From Choristocarpus tenellus KU-1152 (taxonomy: Eukaryota; Protista; Phaeophyceae): a DNA stretch of 37,495 bases. A program made the position numbers and the translations under genes. The notes under the pieces are model-generated. The model made no database searches, was not told the origin of the DNA, and worked only from the letters and a program-made list of their open reading frames with translations. The DNA lies in NCBI GenBank assembly GCA_964200185.2, contig CAXNAD020000038.1, forward strand, positions 1 through 37,495, written 5' to 3'. This document shows, one piece after another, positions 13,719 to 26,331 of this stretch; the stretch's first letter is position 1, and the number at the start of each line of letters is the position of its first letter.

Positions 13719-16700
13719 TAACAATAGAAAACTTGTACCTATTGCTAGATATGAAGCGATGGATATCTGCAACAAAATTCATCCGATCGCCCTCTTTAAA
13801 TCTACCAGTATTTTATACATTGCCCTTCTCCATCCAGAAAATGCATTGCTAAAGAGAAGTCTGTTGTCAAAGGGTCTCGAACTCATGAAATTCATCCAGG
13901 AAATAGCAAAATAAATGGTTCTATTCCTGCACAACAGATTGGTAAAAAAAAACTGTGGCGTCGAAGGGGTTGGAAACAACACAAACTTACACAACTAACA
14001 CAGCAAAATGATTATATATAATTATCTTAGTTGATGTGTTTAGTTCTTAATAGAGTGGGTTCTGCCCACACCTACCTACTGTACCAAACTACACAGAATC
14101 TTGTTCGGGTGTGTGCTCCACAGTAGCACTTCCAAAAAAAAATTATACCCAAGCATGGATTAAGAGCTTCGCTCTACTCAGCACTGCCAAAAGTAACACT
14201 AAATTTCAGGCACATTACATATGCACATACAACCCTTCATCTCTCGTGGACATTGTCACAGCACCAACATTAAACTGTTTAATGCACCTTGTGCTCCATT
14301 CTCGTTTTGTTAATTTTGGCAAGCTTTTTCAACGGTTCTCAGCCTTGATTTCTAGTATGTCGTATTGAGAGGAAGAGAACATGAATTTTATTTTCTGATC
14401 TAAACGGTCTTTTTTACTAAGGTGTATATATTTTATGACCAAAACAGATGGCACTTTTTTCATTTATTTCCTGATCTAAACGGTCTTTTTTTGCTCTCTC
14501 TTTTCACCATTCAAAAACTTACATAGTAAATATGTTCCTATAAAAAATGCAATTAAATTTTGGTTGTATATAGGAAAAAGCAGTACTCTTCTTGTCGGTG
14601 GGACAGGAACGACCCTAACCCTAAGAATCACTGCTGCAGTTACAGCACCATCACAATACCTCCCCTGAATCAGCTCAAATATGTGTAACATCACAGTAGC
14701 CCTTCACAACTCATGATTGAATGGCGTTTTTGCTACCATATGCCTACAAAACAGCACTTGGGGGATAGTGTCGTGCCACAGGGATAGGACCACAAAAGGA
14801 CACCTCGTAGCAGTCAAAGTAAACAAGAGGTGACCAGAGTTGCATTTTAAGGATGCTGAAAAATATGCACAGAATTCAGTTGTTTTTTACAAATGCGTAT
14901 AGCATACATATTTTCTAAAATATGTCCAAAAAAGTCTCAAACAGTACAGAAATCAACACTCACAAGTCAAACTTAGAACTTCATCCATAGAAATATGGGT
15001 TAAATGGAAAAAAATAAAATAGTCCAAAAGCTGGGTACCTTTCGTTTACTTTGTATTGACTTGTAGTGTATTTGTATTGACTTGTAGTGTATTTGTATTG
15101 ACTTGTAGTGTGTTTGTATTGACTTGTAGTGTGTTTGTATTGACTTGTAGTGTATTTGTATTGACTTGTAGTGTATTTGTACTGACTTGTAGTGTATTTG
15201 TACTGACTTGTAGTGTATTTGTACTGACTTGTAGTGTATTTGTATTGACTTGTAGTACATTTGTATTGAGCACTTCTGGAGTTACAGGAACGGGCATGCA
15301 GCATGCAAACAATCATTCAATCGAAGCTTGTAATCCAGAATCAAGTATCAGCCAGAACACAACACGGTTTGGCCAATCAGAGGTTCCCAGAGCAAGAAGA
15401 CATGAAGTTGAACAAATATGTTCAATATCCAGTAACACACAATAATACCAGTCCACTCCTCAGGCAGTGCCTAATCAACGCAGATCATCTTAGGCTCACC
15501 AGATTCCAACCAAAGTGTCCATGGGGTTCTCTGTCTTTATACTTGGGGGTTGAAAATTGGAGGTCCTTACCAGTAAAAAATAGCCTCGTTCTCATTCTCA
15601 GCAGGCCTCAGTTATTGTTGACGTGAGTGAGAGGTGTTAAGACATTAACATACTGTACTCAGATAAAAGTATGATTCCCCCTGTACGTACTACAGGGTCC
15701 ACCAGAACTAACAAATTTAATAGTCATTGGCAATGTCAGTGTCGATCAACTTTGTCTTTGTGATACAGCAGTGGCAAGTGGGTTAGAGAGATTCAGGACA
15801 CAAGACTTGAGCTATCATCAGGATTTAGTTTGAAAAAGATAGGTCTAGAATTGCAAGAAATGCCACAAAAAATTGCCAGCACCCCCCCTCACCCCCTGTG
15901 TGGAGACCATGTCGGACAGGCGTTGGAGGTAGGGAAGGAACAGAGTCAATTGGTGATCAAAGAACTCTGAGCGAAGTTCTTGCAGTGCCACTGCTCCAGA
16001 CGCCCCAGCTGCCAGGAGGGTCATCTCCCCTAAGCAACCATTTGAGTAAACACAGTAAGGATTCTTAACTTGAGGAGGGGGGAGGACTTGAATCCTGAGG
16101 ACTTGAATCCTGGATATAAAATGACAAGCACAAGATAAGTAAACACTTCGCTTGTTGAACGATTTTCCTGAGTCTAGAGTCTACTGCTCACTGGGGAAAA
16201 AAAAAGAAAGAAATATGATACCATTGCATGATGCTACATGCACGAGAGGCTATCGATTTTCAAGGGTTAGGGTTCAAGGTAAAATACTGAACTGAAAAGT
16301 TGAAAACGTAAGGGTCTGCTTGTTCCGATTGAAATATACCAAAGTGCCACCACTTCTGACTGGCAGAATGTATTGAGCAGCACAACTACAAAACCAATAC
16401 GAAGTACCCCCCTTTCACGCCCATAAATACCTGCATAACGGAAAATAAATATTAGCGCCTTGCAAGCTCTTCTTGGAGCGACGGCTTGGCCCATTGCCTC
16501 AACACATTATGCACATGAGTCAACTTTGTATTCCCTGGTGCCACCTGACACTAATACGCTGGTAAAACCTTCACATCAACAAATATACTCAAAGGCTCTT
16601 CACACAGCCTTGCAGGCATGCTCTACTTCAGCTGGGTTCTTTCCTTACCCTAGCCCTAATCCTAATACGAACCCGAACCCCAGCCTGACGACTCATCACG

Positions 16701-19700
16701 GTGACAAACGAAATGTTCTCAAACATAACCCCAGAGCATGTTGGACCGCTTGCTTCATGGTGCTTCTTGAACACCTTCCAGAATCACTTGGCTACGCCAC
16801 AAAATACGATTTCCTTCCCCTCCTTCCGCAAGAGCTCCAACCCCTCATGCCCCCAGAACAGAACTCCCACCCCTTTCCCCACCCCGCCCATAATATTCTA
16901 AGCACTCCCTCCTCACCTGAAGGAACAAGTGCCAGTGAACCATGAGCAGCAATGATCGAAGTGTGGACTCTCACTGGAAGATCAATGAGATTCACACCTA
17001 CCGAAAGACTTCGCAGCAGAGGACGGCACATTGGTGGCATTGACAACCCATCCTTGCACCCACGCCTGCCACCGCCATCCAGGGTTCTCAGAACAAACGA
17101 CCATACTTCCATCACATGCCACTGCATCACCATCTCCACAACCTCTGCCACGGCATCCTCCCCCCCCACCCCCCCAAACCCTGATCCCCCTCCCCTCCCC
17201 TGCGCCAGACCAGCAGCAAAAGCTCGATCTGCCACTGCGTATGCCAACTGTGGCCCCCAGTCCTCTAAGCTACTGATAGGCCACACACCCCAGTTTGGAC
17301 ACGCATACTTCCCTCCTCCACAGTCCTCTGCATCCTCATTTCCAACATATTCCCCTACCTTTCCCGAGAAGGACGACCTGTGGAGGTGGGAAGGAAGCCA
17401 CCACCTGCGCTGCTTTTGTTTAACCGGCTTACCTTCATCTCTGCTACAGACTCCGCTGGCAACGGTGCCGGAAATATCAACCATCTCTTCCATAGATGAC
17501 GGCAATGAACCCTGCGATGAGCTTAGGGCTGCCCCCCCCCAACTATAGGGGAGTTCTTCATAGCACTGGCGAAGGATGACAAGCATGGTGCGGCGGTAGG
17601 CTGAACGAAGTCCGGCCTCTCCCCCCCTCCCCCCGCCATGTGGGGAAGAAAAGAAAGGAGAGCTTGTGATCAATTTCCCCCCAATCCTGCCAATCCCCCT
17701 CCCCCCTCCCCTTGCCATGGTTGTTTTCGTTGATGTTGACATAAACTCTCTATCTAATGCACGGAGCTCTTGGCATAGAAATGTAAGGGCAGCATCAGCA
17801 ATGGAGGCACGAGAAGGAGTTGTGGGGGCAGAAATTGTAGCTCTGAAAGTGGATTGTAACCCTCTTAACCTTCCCTCCAGTGGACTTGCAGAGGCCACAA
17901 GGAGCTGCACGAGGTCCAGAGCGCGGCGAACCACACCTGGGTGTGGGACCCGGGGCAAACCTCGGACACCCCTGAATCCAGTAGTTTCTGGTTCTGGTCC
18001 TGCTCCGGTCCAAGAATCATCATGGCAGCAACGCTGCAGGGCATAAAGCAGGTCTTGGGGGGAGAGGGCAGTGTTTGCCCACATTCTTGGGCCCAGGAGA
18101 CGGAGCAGGCCTGCCAGGCAACCACAGACCTATATAGGAAAATCGTAGATATATTGAGGACTGAAGCTATGCACTGAGTGCACTGAGATTTTCTTCTTAA
18201 CTTTGACCTAATAAGCCTTGCATCTAAGAAAGTCTTTCTTCCTATGTACATGATTTTTCATGTTCAACAGAGGTGAACTGGGATATAGATTAGGGATGCA
18301 CTGCAAGTTGTTCTCACCTGCAAGAACAGCGGTACACCCCCTCGACCAGGACCATCATCAATTCTCTGCAATGTAAGGTCTACGAGAGATGGGAAGGCGT
18401 CGACCAGGAGCTGTGCAGCCGAGGAATCTAGAAGCTATAAGAGGGCGGGGGAGGGGCAAGGGAGGAGGGGGAGAGAAGGTATGAAGGGCTTGGCAAGAGC
18501 TCAAGATAGTAGATATGAGCACAAAAGATACCTCACAACGGAGTGATTTTGACGAGGAGGGTGAGGGCAGCGGTAACTCAGGTATGTGCCCCTGTCTCAG
18601 CAACAGGTTTGGGATAGTGGTGCAGGATCAATAGAGAATTTATAAGCAAAAGCACAGGTGTAATTTGTGTGACCTCAGTTGATATCTCTCTGGCATCATT
18701 GCACATGTCCATGCATCCAAAAACAGATGGAAGAAAGACCAATCATATATACCTAGAACTAGATCTTCCAGTCACATATCCTCATGCAGCATTTGCAAAA
18801 TCACACGTCAAAATGACCCCCCACCCCAAATCCGATACTAATCCCCCACCAGCACACTCCTCCCAAAACAACCCTAATCCTGCCCTATCACCCACACCTG
18901 TAGTGCAACATGTAAGCCACTCCAGTGCCGCCGCTCCTTTTCCTTCTCCTCCCCCTTGCCCCTTCCCATACCCTCCTCCTCCCCCTCCCTACCTCCACCC
19001 CTTCCCCCCTTCCCTCCTAGTCCTCCACCCCTGCCTCCATCTGCCCCACTGAAATCCAGCTGAAGTTGTTTGCTGGCACGACCTTCTTGCAGGTGCCCCA
19101 CCTCCCCTGCTACTCGGGATTCGCCCACATGCCTATGACGGTGCTCACAGACAGCTTCCCCCATCGCATCACTGATTGGATCGTCCCCGTTCTGGAACAG
19201 CCCAAGCTCAATCACAGGCACCCATTTATCCATAATGAAACTGCCATCACACACCAGGAGAAAAGAGGGTTGTAATGGGCGTTTTGCGTTCCGCCAGCAG
19301 AATTCACTCCTGTCTTGAGTCTAAATCCACTACTGAACTACACCTTTGCTTGCTTGCACTAGTACCTACCACGTGTGCAGTACCTGTTTGGTGGTGGGCC
19401 TTTCAAGCGTGACCCTTTCATGCGGTTCACAAGGTAAGATTTGTGGGCGCGCTTTGTGCCTACGTATCACTAAATGCATTGCCACTCGGACTACATAGTG
19501 TAACGGAGGCAATAAAAACAAACACAAAACTTTTGCGTTGAAATTGATCAGAAAAATATCATCACGAAACGGGTCAATAAAATAAGAGACTCGTTCGTGT
19601 GCATACCAATATCTTCGACCGAAAAAAAAACAAAAAAACTCTCTATACATGCACGCGTGTCAAGCATTAAATGCTCTCCTCCTGCACCCGTGGCAGTAAC

Positions 19701-20415
19701 TCGTTGATAAAAGATGTTTCCTCCCTCCGTTCACCATCAGTTTGAACAGTTTGCATGGATGGGGAAGGAATGCCGCACCAGGAAAGCATTTCCCGATGCT
19801 CTGCTGCAGGTGGGACAGAAATATTTCGAACTTCAACGAGATCTTAGAGCAACCTCATTCATAATCATGAGGTTTTCAAAAGACACCCACAAAAACAATA
19901 AGAAACTGATACACTATCATGTGAATTCACAGCCTGCCCTGCAAACTGTGTCGAGCAGGTGCTGAAAACAGAGAGGAAGTGATCGCAAACGCTCTGTTTG
20001 ACTGGGGATGTTTTCCCACGTTAAGAACGAGCTGCTGGGGAAATTTCCGCGAGGCAGAAAACGAGACAGAATTTGAGTTCACACCATGTACAAATACAAG
20101 TACAAGCCCCATCCGTTACCGTTAAAAAAAAAAAGGTGCATACTTCAAGTGCATTCAAACGTCCCATGAACAAGAAAAAAACAAATTGCTTACCGGCTAT
20201 GAGATTCATTGACAACACAAACGCAACCCAAGTACTAACAGACAAAAAGAAGAAGGTGCTGAATGTGTAGTCAGTTGTCCGGCGACTCATGAGCAGAAGC
20301 AAGACTGTTGGTGTGCAGTCTTGTAAATATTCCGAGTAAGGTACTCTCGAGCGATACATATAGACGCATGTGCATATGCGATATGATCTGTTTGTTTACA
20401 TGCTAGCACTCGGGG

Positions 20416-20462
<47 letters not shown>

Positions 20463-20762
20463 TATATGGTTTACATATGATACGATCTGTTTACACACTC
20501 TGATAACAAAATACATGTGCTACACAAATACATTAACTAGCACGTACACAACACAGTAGGAATCACATACTAGTGTTTGTTTTTATGTCAATCAAAACCC
20601 AATACTGTACATACAGAAAAGACACAAATATACGAATAATCATGCATTCATGCACAAACAAAAAAGCATTGCAAGTCGAAGTGAGGGCAACTACGCGAAA
20701 AAGCTTTTTTCTCTTCTCATCTCATCTCAACAGTGCCACTTTCTTGCACCTGTCCTCTCAAT

Positions 20763-20794
<32 letters not shown>

Positions 20795-23700
20795 TTATAG
20801 AAGAAAAAATGGCAGTTTATTGTACTCCCTAGTACATACACTACTAGTCATTAATAGTACCACTTCATAAGAAAAAAACCCTTAGGGTTTCACCACGCTT
20901 CCAACATACACACCAATTAGTACACACAAACCCCAGCAGTGGAAAAAAAAATCAAATTCTCTACCCAACCACAACTTACCCTCTACCCACAATCAAACAC
21001 GCCTCCATATATATTGTAGAGGCAACACGCCTTCCAAACCTTAAAGACTCCCGGTAGACGCTGACCCCAACAGGCCCCGCCCTCCTGGCCATGGATTGTG
21101 CCCATGCCCGAGCCTCTGGGTCCCTGTTGACAAGCAGTGCAAAAACGCCTGGCCAGTGACGATTCCAACCTCGTCCGATGAAGCACTCACTGTTACCTAT
21201 GCCGTTCACCTAGAGGTGATAATGGAGGTTGGGTGGGGGAAAGCGGGGATGGGGTTGGTGAATCAGGGTCTGATGACTGAAGTGGGTAGAGAGAAACAAC
21301 AGGTAAAAGCGCTTGCTTTGGTACACTTTATCAGGATGTTGATACTGGAGAACTATGTTATTACCACTGTGAAAGAAATAGATGACGGCATGATGCAATA
21401 AAGCCCACAGAGTCATCGGGTATAACGCACACGCTGATCACACTGACCTGCTGACCCCCTCAATTTAGGTATTTGATGATTTCTAATTTGTTGTCAAAAT
21501 CAACATGGGGGTTCAAAAAAAAATAGTTCGGATTTACTTAGCTGACTAGTACTGCACAGTAATATACAGTGATACATATATTCACATCAACCTAGAAGTT
21601 CCACATCACGCACATCTTCTTCTAAACATAATGAGTATGAAACTCTCTCTAAATTTCTCAATACGAGATACAAAGTAGACCTTGGTCTGATCACTCCATC
21701 TCACTTGAGCTCCTTCAGCTCCGTGCCAACGACATTCTATGCCTATGCGATAAACGCTGTGGAATTGAAGCTCTCAACAGGCAGTATTCTAACTCGTCGC
21801 ATTCTTAATGAGTACAAAAACAAAACAAAACATCAGAGACAGTATGATACTGGCACAAGAATCACACCGGATTATCACTACAGCGCTAATCGTACAAGAA
21901 GGATCTGAGTTTTTTTCAACCTCTTTTTTCCACCAAGCCTGAACCATCGCAGCGTTCTTCCTCACTTTCAGACATCAGGTTATCGGAAAAAACCACACAA
22001 CCTACCTCTCTTGTGCATATGGAACTATGACATTCTAGTCAATCGCATTGATCAGACAAGAGCAAGGGAAAAGGAAAGGCCTTATTGCAATCATATTCAC
22101 ACCAAGCCTGGACTTCACAAGAAACTAGAGCAGGATGCATGCTCACTATCCAACCTTGCTCTCACACAGAGGAGCGGAGTTGAATAACCGTTGCATTCCT
22201 GTCCCTCGGGTGACTGTGCCTCCTCTGTAAAGTTTGAGTTTCGCCACAACAAAAAAGTCACACAACAAAAAAGTCACACAACAAAGTCACGTAACATGTA
22301 TTATCTTGATTTTAAGTGCCCTGAAAGTAAGCAATGTCCACATAGAGTGGGATGTGTGTACCTCCCCAAAGAACCAAGCCCAATCCCACTTAACCTCACC
22401 TCCGATAACGCCTTCCGAAAGGCTTTCTCAAGTCGAAGGGCCCCTCCTCCTCCCCCACCCGCTGCCATCAGCAGCAGTGAGGGGTAAGACAACATCTCCC
22501 AGAAAGCATGAACAGCCATAGTTTCCAGTGAAGCGTCCTCATTAGCAATCCCGTCTCCAACTCCTTCGGCCTGGGCTGACCCAGGGGTGCCAGAACCTAA
22601 CCTTACCCCTGTCCCTGCCCTAGATGTAGAGGCAGTCACAGTCATGAACGCTTTCTCAAGACGTCGAGACTCTCGGGCTTGGAGCTGTTCTGCAAGCACC
22701 ACCTCTGGTCTGTTTTTAGTTGGAAAGGGGTAAGTCATGTACTATCCATTACACATTGTTGAGCAATATGCACAGTAATTATAGGTAGGGAGGGGTGGGG
22801 TGGGGGGGATGTGTTTGCGTGTGTTTGAATGTGTGTGAGTACAAAAAAGGTGTGGGATGGGCAAGGGCGGAAGGGGGGGACAGATGCAATCCAATCCTAC
22901 CCCTAATTGAGGATCATGGCAGTCAACATCTCCAAGTAAACCAGAGTGGAGGAAGGTGGAACATGCAAGCATAAGGGGAGGTGTTGCAAAATGAAAAGTA
23001 GACCCTATTCCCTCAGCGGTGCCTTTGACAGACTAGAGGCAGAGGGGGGCAGATGTAGGTATTCAAATGAACATGGTACTGTTACTTACAGTACTGTTCA
23101 AAGTAAATTGTCTATAAACGATACATACCATGGCAGAGCACAGAACGCAAGGATCACTGTGATTAAGGAGACTAGCTGGTTCAATATATCATTACTTGCT
23201 ACAGGGTGCTACAGGGCACTATTTAGATCACTGTAACCCAAAAGGGAAATCTGGTGCTGGTCAGGCCAGGCAGATGATCCAGAGGGGGCAAGCGCCCCAT
23301 AATTTCCAGATTGCAAGGCACCTCGACCAATACTAATACCAGCCAATTCGAAAAAATTCTAGCATTTCTTCCTATTCTTGTCAACAATACAACCCAAAAT
23401 AATAGCATACGTACAATACCCTACAGTGATTGTTCCACTTCAATAAGTTATTGTCCTAGACCAATTCACATTGCCAAATTGAGCAGCCCGCCCTGTTGCG
23501 CAAACTCCCTTTCAAGGCATTTCATTTCGAAATTTCCAAGCCTGCTACACCTTGAAAAGACCAGCTGCACTGTTCACTAAGGCATCGCCCTACAACCCTG
23601 TGCGTGGGTACTATTGTTGGTGCAGAGGACAGAAGTAGCACAGCACAAATCAAATGGCTAAGAAACTGCTAATAAATAGTGTCAATTGTTTACACCACAG

Positions 23701-26331
23701 ATCTTGCTTGAAGCAAATGCACTCAAGAACTTGATCCTTACCCTGTGCACCAAGACAAAGACATCTGTTAGTCCACTCTCTTCAGCTTTCATCTCCAATT
23801 CAAGATAATGTAGTACAACCCCAACACTTGCAGAGAGAGGATGACTTAGCCCTCCACCACCATCACGATTGTATGACTTGGCTATGTCGCTTGATATATT
23901 CCACCCCCCCTCCTCATCAGCCTCACTTGTGCTAACATGATAATCAATTGTATGCATGAACATAGACATTCCTTTTGCAACCTCAAAATAAAAAACTATT
24001 TATTCACAAGATCAATGACTACCAATACAGTTCTATTACTCCTACCCCAAGACAGACCACAAATCCCTTCCTATTCCTCCATTCAGGTCACAGTATGTCT
24101 CTATAACCTCACAAAGTTGCCTCAACCTAATCCAATCATCTATTTCTTCTCCCCTATACACCCACCTACAACATGCACACACCCCCTGCTGGACTTCATC
24201 CCTCACCCCTACCCCCCTACCACCCCCAAGCCTTGAAGTACACATATACAAGTGATGAATTTCAATTCTTCCCTTCTTTCACCTAGCACCATCCTCATCG
24301 TCTGTCAGCCTCTGAAGGGCAATTTCCTTCACTTCATAATAACGCCTGATGCAGCGACGGCAAACCCCAAGTTGGGCGTCTGCCACTTCCCAAACCAATG
24401 GCAACACAGTAGTGGAATCCGAGCTTCACATGTGTTTTTTAAGAAGGGAGATACGTACTCCAGATGAATGGAAACAAGGATTCAAGGATATTGTCGGGCT
24501 ACATTGTACAGAAAGCAAAGTTCAAAATCATTTACATAAGTACATTTGATTTGAAATAGCTCCTGTGTGATACATACACCAGCAGAGATATTTCTTGTCA
24601 CGTTGATAACCAGTAGGGTGTATTTCCCCCTCTGCAAAAAAAAAGAATTTCCTCAATAACCTCAGTTTCACAGCATGATTTTCCACATCTTACAGCGAAT
24701 GTTACTGCAACAGCAAATGGCACCACCGGAGGTAAACTAAATGCGACAAAGTACAGATGGAACCAATCAAACATAGGAAGGGAGAGGAATGATCAGAGGC
24801 AAGTCCTGTTGCATAGGGCGGGTTAGGGTTAGGGTTTCATTACAGGTAGTTTCAATTAGCAAATGTGTTCATTAAGGTAGAGGAGCGGGTACCAAATACT
24901 GTTACATAGGGTGGGGAGAGTGTGCAGGGCAATAGGTTGAGACAACAGCAGGAGACGACAGACCAGGGGCCATGGTGTATGCTCTTCTGTGCATGTAGGC
25001 ATGGCTGCAGGACACAGAGGACAGGAAAGGTTAGGGAAACAGTACATAAACCACATGTGCAAAATTGAAAGAGGGAGGGAAGAGGGCATCATGATCTTTG
25101 AGTGGTTCAATGAATGCCCGTGAAGACATTCTTGCTCTCTACAGAAAGCAGTGCATACAGAGCAAAACATCTCAATGAGTAGAGGCTCTTGAGAGTACAA
25201 AGTTGTGCAGTGGTTAATGGACTATTCACAGTAGCGACCTTGGAGGGCTAGGCCAATCAACCTCGGTTGATCTCCAATACATCATTACGTACTTGTCACC
25301 CCAAGCATCATCCAGCTCCTCCTCAAGACTCCCCAATGAAAACAGCATCTCTGTCATGGCATCGATGTATCTTTTGTGTCGAACAACAGCCACAGCAGAA
25401 GGGGACGATAGGAAAACGATTAGAACAATCGGGTGGGCTTAACATGGATGATCTGCCAGTGAACGGGCTTCGGCATAGACAAGTCCAATGTAGCTCTATA
25501 AAGTCGTTCCAACCATGAAAAAATGGAGGGTCCTTACACGAAGAGATATGGCAGGTTTTGATCGGATGTGATCAGTGAAGTGTAAAATTTCGTCTATATT
25601 CCGTTAGAGTGTGGGCACTGACACAACCGGTTACGATACAGCAACATACACAGAGGACGCCCTGCAAGACGGTTCGAATCATCGGTTTGGGGTGGGAGAA
25701 ATAATCCAGTATCATCGAAGCTAAAATCCATTACCGAAACTGAATGACAATGCAATTCGAGGCCTAATAACTAGCCCAAGCAATATCTCCAGAAGGAGAG
25801 AAAATGCGAAATACGCATACTTCGCTTGATGGCTACGTGACGTCCTTGCCTTTGTAGTACTGGAAGGCGCAGGTTAATCGTGATGTAGACACTATCAATA
25901 CGGTTAATCGCTCCACTGGGTCCCTCATCATCTTACCGGCACCACCAGTGTACGGGATCTCGCAATAAGATGGTACCTAATTCCTCGAAGAATGATCTCG
26001 ACTCCCTCGGTACTCCCCCCTCAAACAGTTGCTGGAGGTCTTCTTGCAATGTCCTAGGTGATGTCAGGGTACTGCTAGTGTTGAATTGCTTCGATTGTTC
26101 AAGAATCTCAGAGGCCGATGAACGAACAGCTTCATGTGTACTACCAGAGTTCGGTGTTTGAGTGCTCGAGGGTGTGGAACCATGATCGACGCCGTCGTGA
26201 AGGATTAGGCCTGCAATATCTTCGTCATCGTCGTCACTAAACACTGAAATCACCCCCTCGCTATCAGCAGATGTGCCTCCACCCTCAGCATCTGTGTCAC
26301 TTGACAGCGATATCACATCATCGTCGTCCAT
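1565..26331 (-). CDS. SETX: Senataxin/Sen1-like RNA/DNA helicase, multi-exon, 3'-partial (continues past the window start)
   Basis: Phase-compatible GT-AG exons give Sen1/SETX N-terminal motifs in the expected order: HWWC; LVWEVADAQLGVCRRCIRRYY; EMLSYPSLL; WPGVFALLVNRDPEARAWAQSMARR; HWSGLHVAL; CLAGLLRLLGPRMW; WLAPLLDW; then the pre-helicase motif LPKVPTLFQSTEQYIDVFESLLLEE. Approximate exons: 25937-26331, 25293-25370, 24283-24423, 24046-24165, 23742-23931, 22400-~22709, 21040-21209, 18898-19240, 18318-18434, 16917-18129, 15893-16029, 13806-13926, 13308-13358, ~9400-9694, 6361-~6844, 5876-5931, 4277-5686, 2978-3726, 1977-2383, 1565-1605. A few junctions are unresolved. Helicase motifs are not in the window. 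Confidence 0.85.
1977..2383 (-). CDS. SETX: Senataxin-like exon carrying the FxSxxxYxxxFxxLLLEE motif
   Basis: VPTLFQSTEQYIDVFESLLLEEVFA, the motif that precedes the UPF1-like helicase region in Sen1/SETX; AG|GTGAGA donor. Confidence 0.85.
2978..3726 (-). CDS. SETX: Senataxin-like exon (Gly/Lys-rich linker, FHRLVLSAW)
   Basis: Within ORF 2672..3868; CAG|GA acceptor and AAG|GTAAAT donor; joins in frame to VPTLFQS. Confidence 0.75.
4141..4216. repeat. Poly-C tracts (C31 and C18)
   Basis: Homopolymers at 4141-4171 and 4199-4216, inside an intron; poly-G on the transcript strand. Confidence 0.95.
4277..5686 (-). CDS. SETX: Senataxin-like large exon (WLAPLLDW followed by a disordered linker)
   Basis: Within ORF 4260..5969; donor CAG|GTAATG; phase 1-1. 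An alternative acceptor near 5648 is possible. Confidence 0.75.
9810..11110 (-). pseudogene. Decayed Mutator-like (MULE) transposase fragment in a senataxin intron
   Basis: A frame with sparse stops reads KLCVIRYRCSAH...STRCKAHGCLASIHVCLWF (FAR1/WRKY-GCM1-like zinc finger). Downstream frames give KHIxxVVKYIKS and SVDVT...VLVLLLIACE, resembling the first catalytic Asp region. Confidence 0.45.
13668..13725. repeat. (TAA)n microsatellite
   Basis: About 15 TAA units that degenerate into AAC/AAT. Confidence 0.95.
14387..14492. repeat. ~29-bp direct repeat pair TTTATTTyCTGATCTAAACGGTCTTTTTT
   Basis: Copies at about 14387-14415 and 14463-14492. Confidence 0.85.
15050..15269. repeat. 21-bp minisatellite, about 10.5 copies of TTGTAGTGTATTTGTATTGAC
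   Basis: Direct tandem units with single-base variants and no spacers. Confidence 0.97.
16917..18129 (-). CDS. SETX: Senataxin-like large internal exon
   Basis: Within ORF 16792..18084. Acceptor TATAG|GTC; the donor CAG|GTGAGG is phase-compatible with exon 15893-16029. Confidence 0.75.
20421..20459. repeat. (TA)n microsatellite
   Basis: About 19 perfect TA units. Confidence 0.95.
21040..21209 (-). CDS. SETX: Senataxin-like exon with the PGxxxLLVxxxxxxRxWA motif
   Basis: TAG|GTG acceptor and AG|GTTTGG donor; encodes WPGVFALLVNRDPEARAWAQSMARR. Confidence 0.8.
22245..22290. repeat. 16-bp tandem repeat (CACAACAAAAAAGTCA), about 3 copies
   Basis: Directly visible; the third copy is shortened. 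Confidence 0.85.
24283..24423 (-). CDS. SETX: Senataxin-like exon with CxxC motif
   Basis: Encodes SDSTTVLPLVWEVADAQLGVCRRCIRRYYEVKEIALQRL; 141 nt, phase 2-2. Missed by the ORF track. Confidence 0.75.
25937..26331 (-). CDS. SETX: Senataxin-like gene, first coding exon (acidic N-terminus to HWWCR)
   Basis: ATG at 26331 (MDDDDVISLSSD...), ending LLRDPVHWWCR at a CG|GTAAG donor. It splices in phase 2 to 25293-25370 and then 24283-24423. Confidence 0.8.

Noticed and set aside
13663-13914. Poly-Asn or poly-Ile ORFs
   Set aside because: Artefacts of the (TAA)n microsatellite.
15050-15269. CRISPR-like array
   Set aside because: Units are contiguous with no unique spacers, there are no cas genes, and the context is a eukaryotic intron.
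24856-25200. Cys/His-rich ORF as senataxin exon 2
   Set aside because: Exon 25293-25370 gives the phase-correct, Sen1-like join; this ORF has no convincing donor.
25660-25700. tRNA or tRNA-derived SINE suggested by GGTTCGAATC
   Set aside because: The flanks do not form a T-stem, and no acceptor stem, A box or cloverleaf was found.
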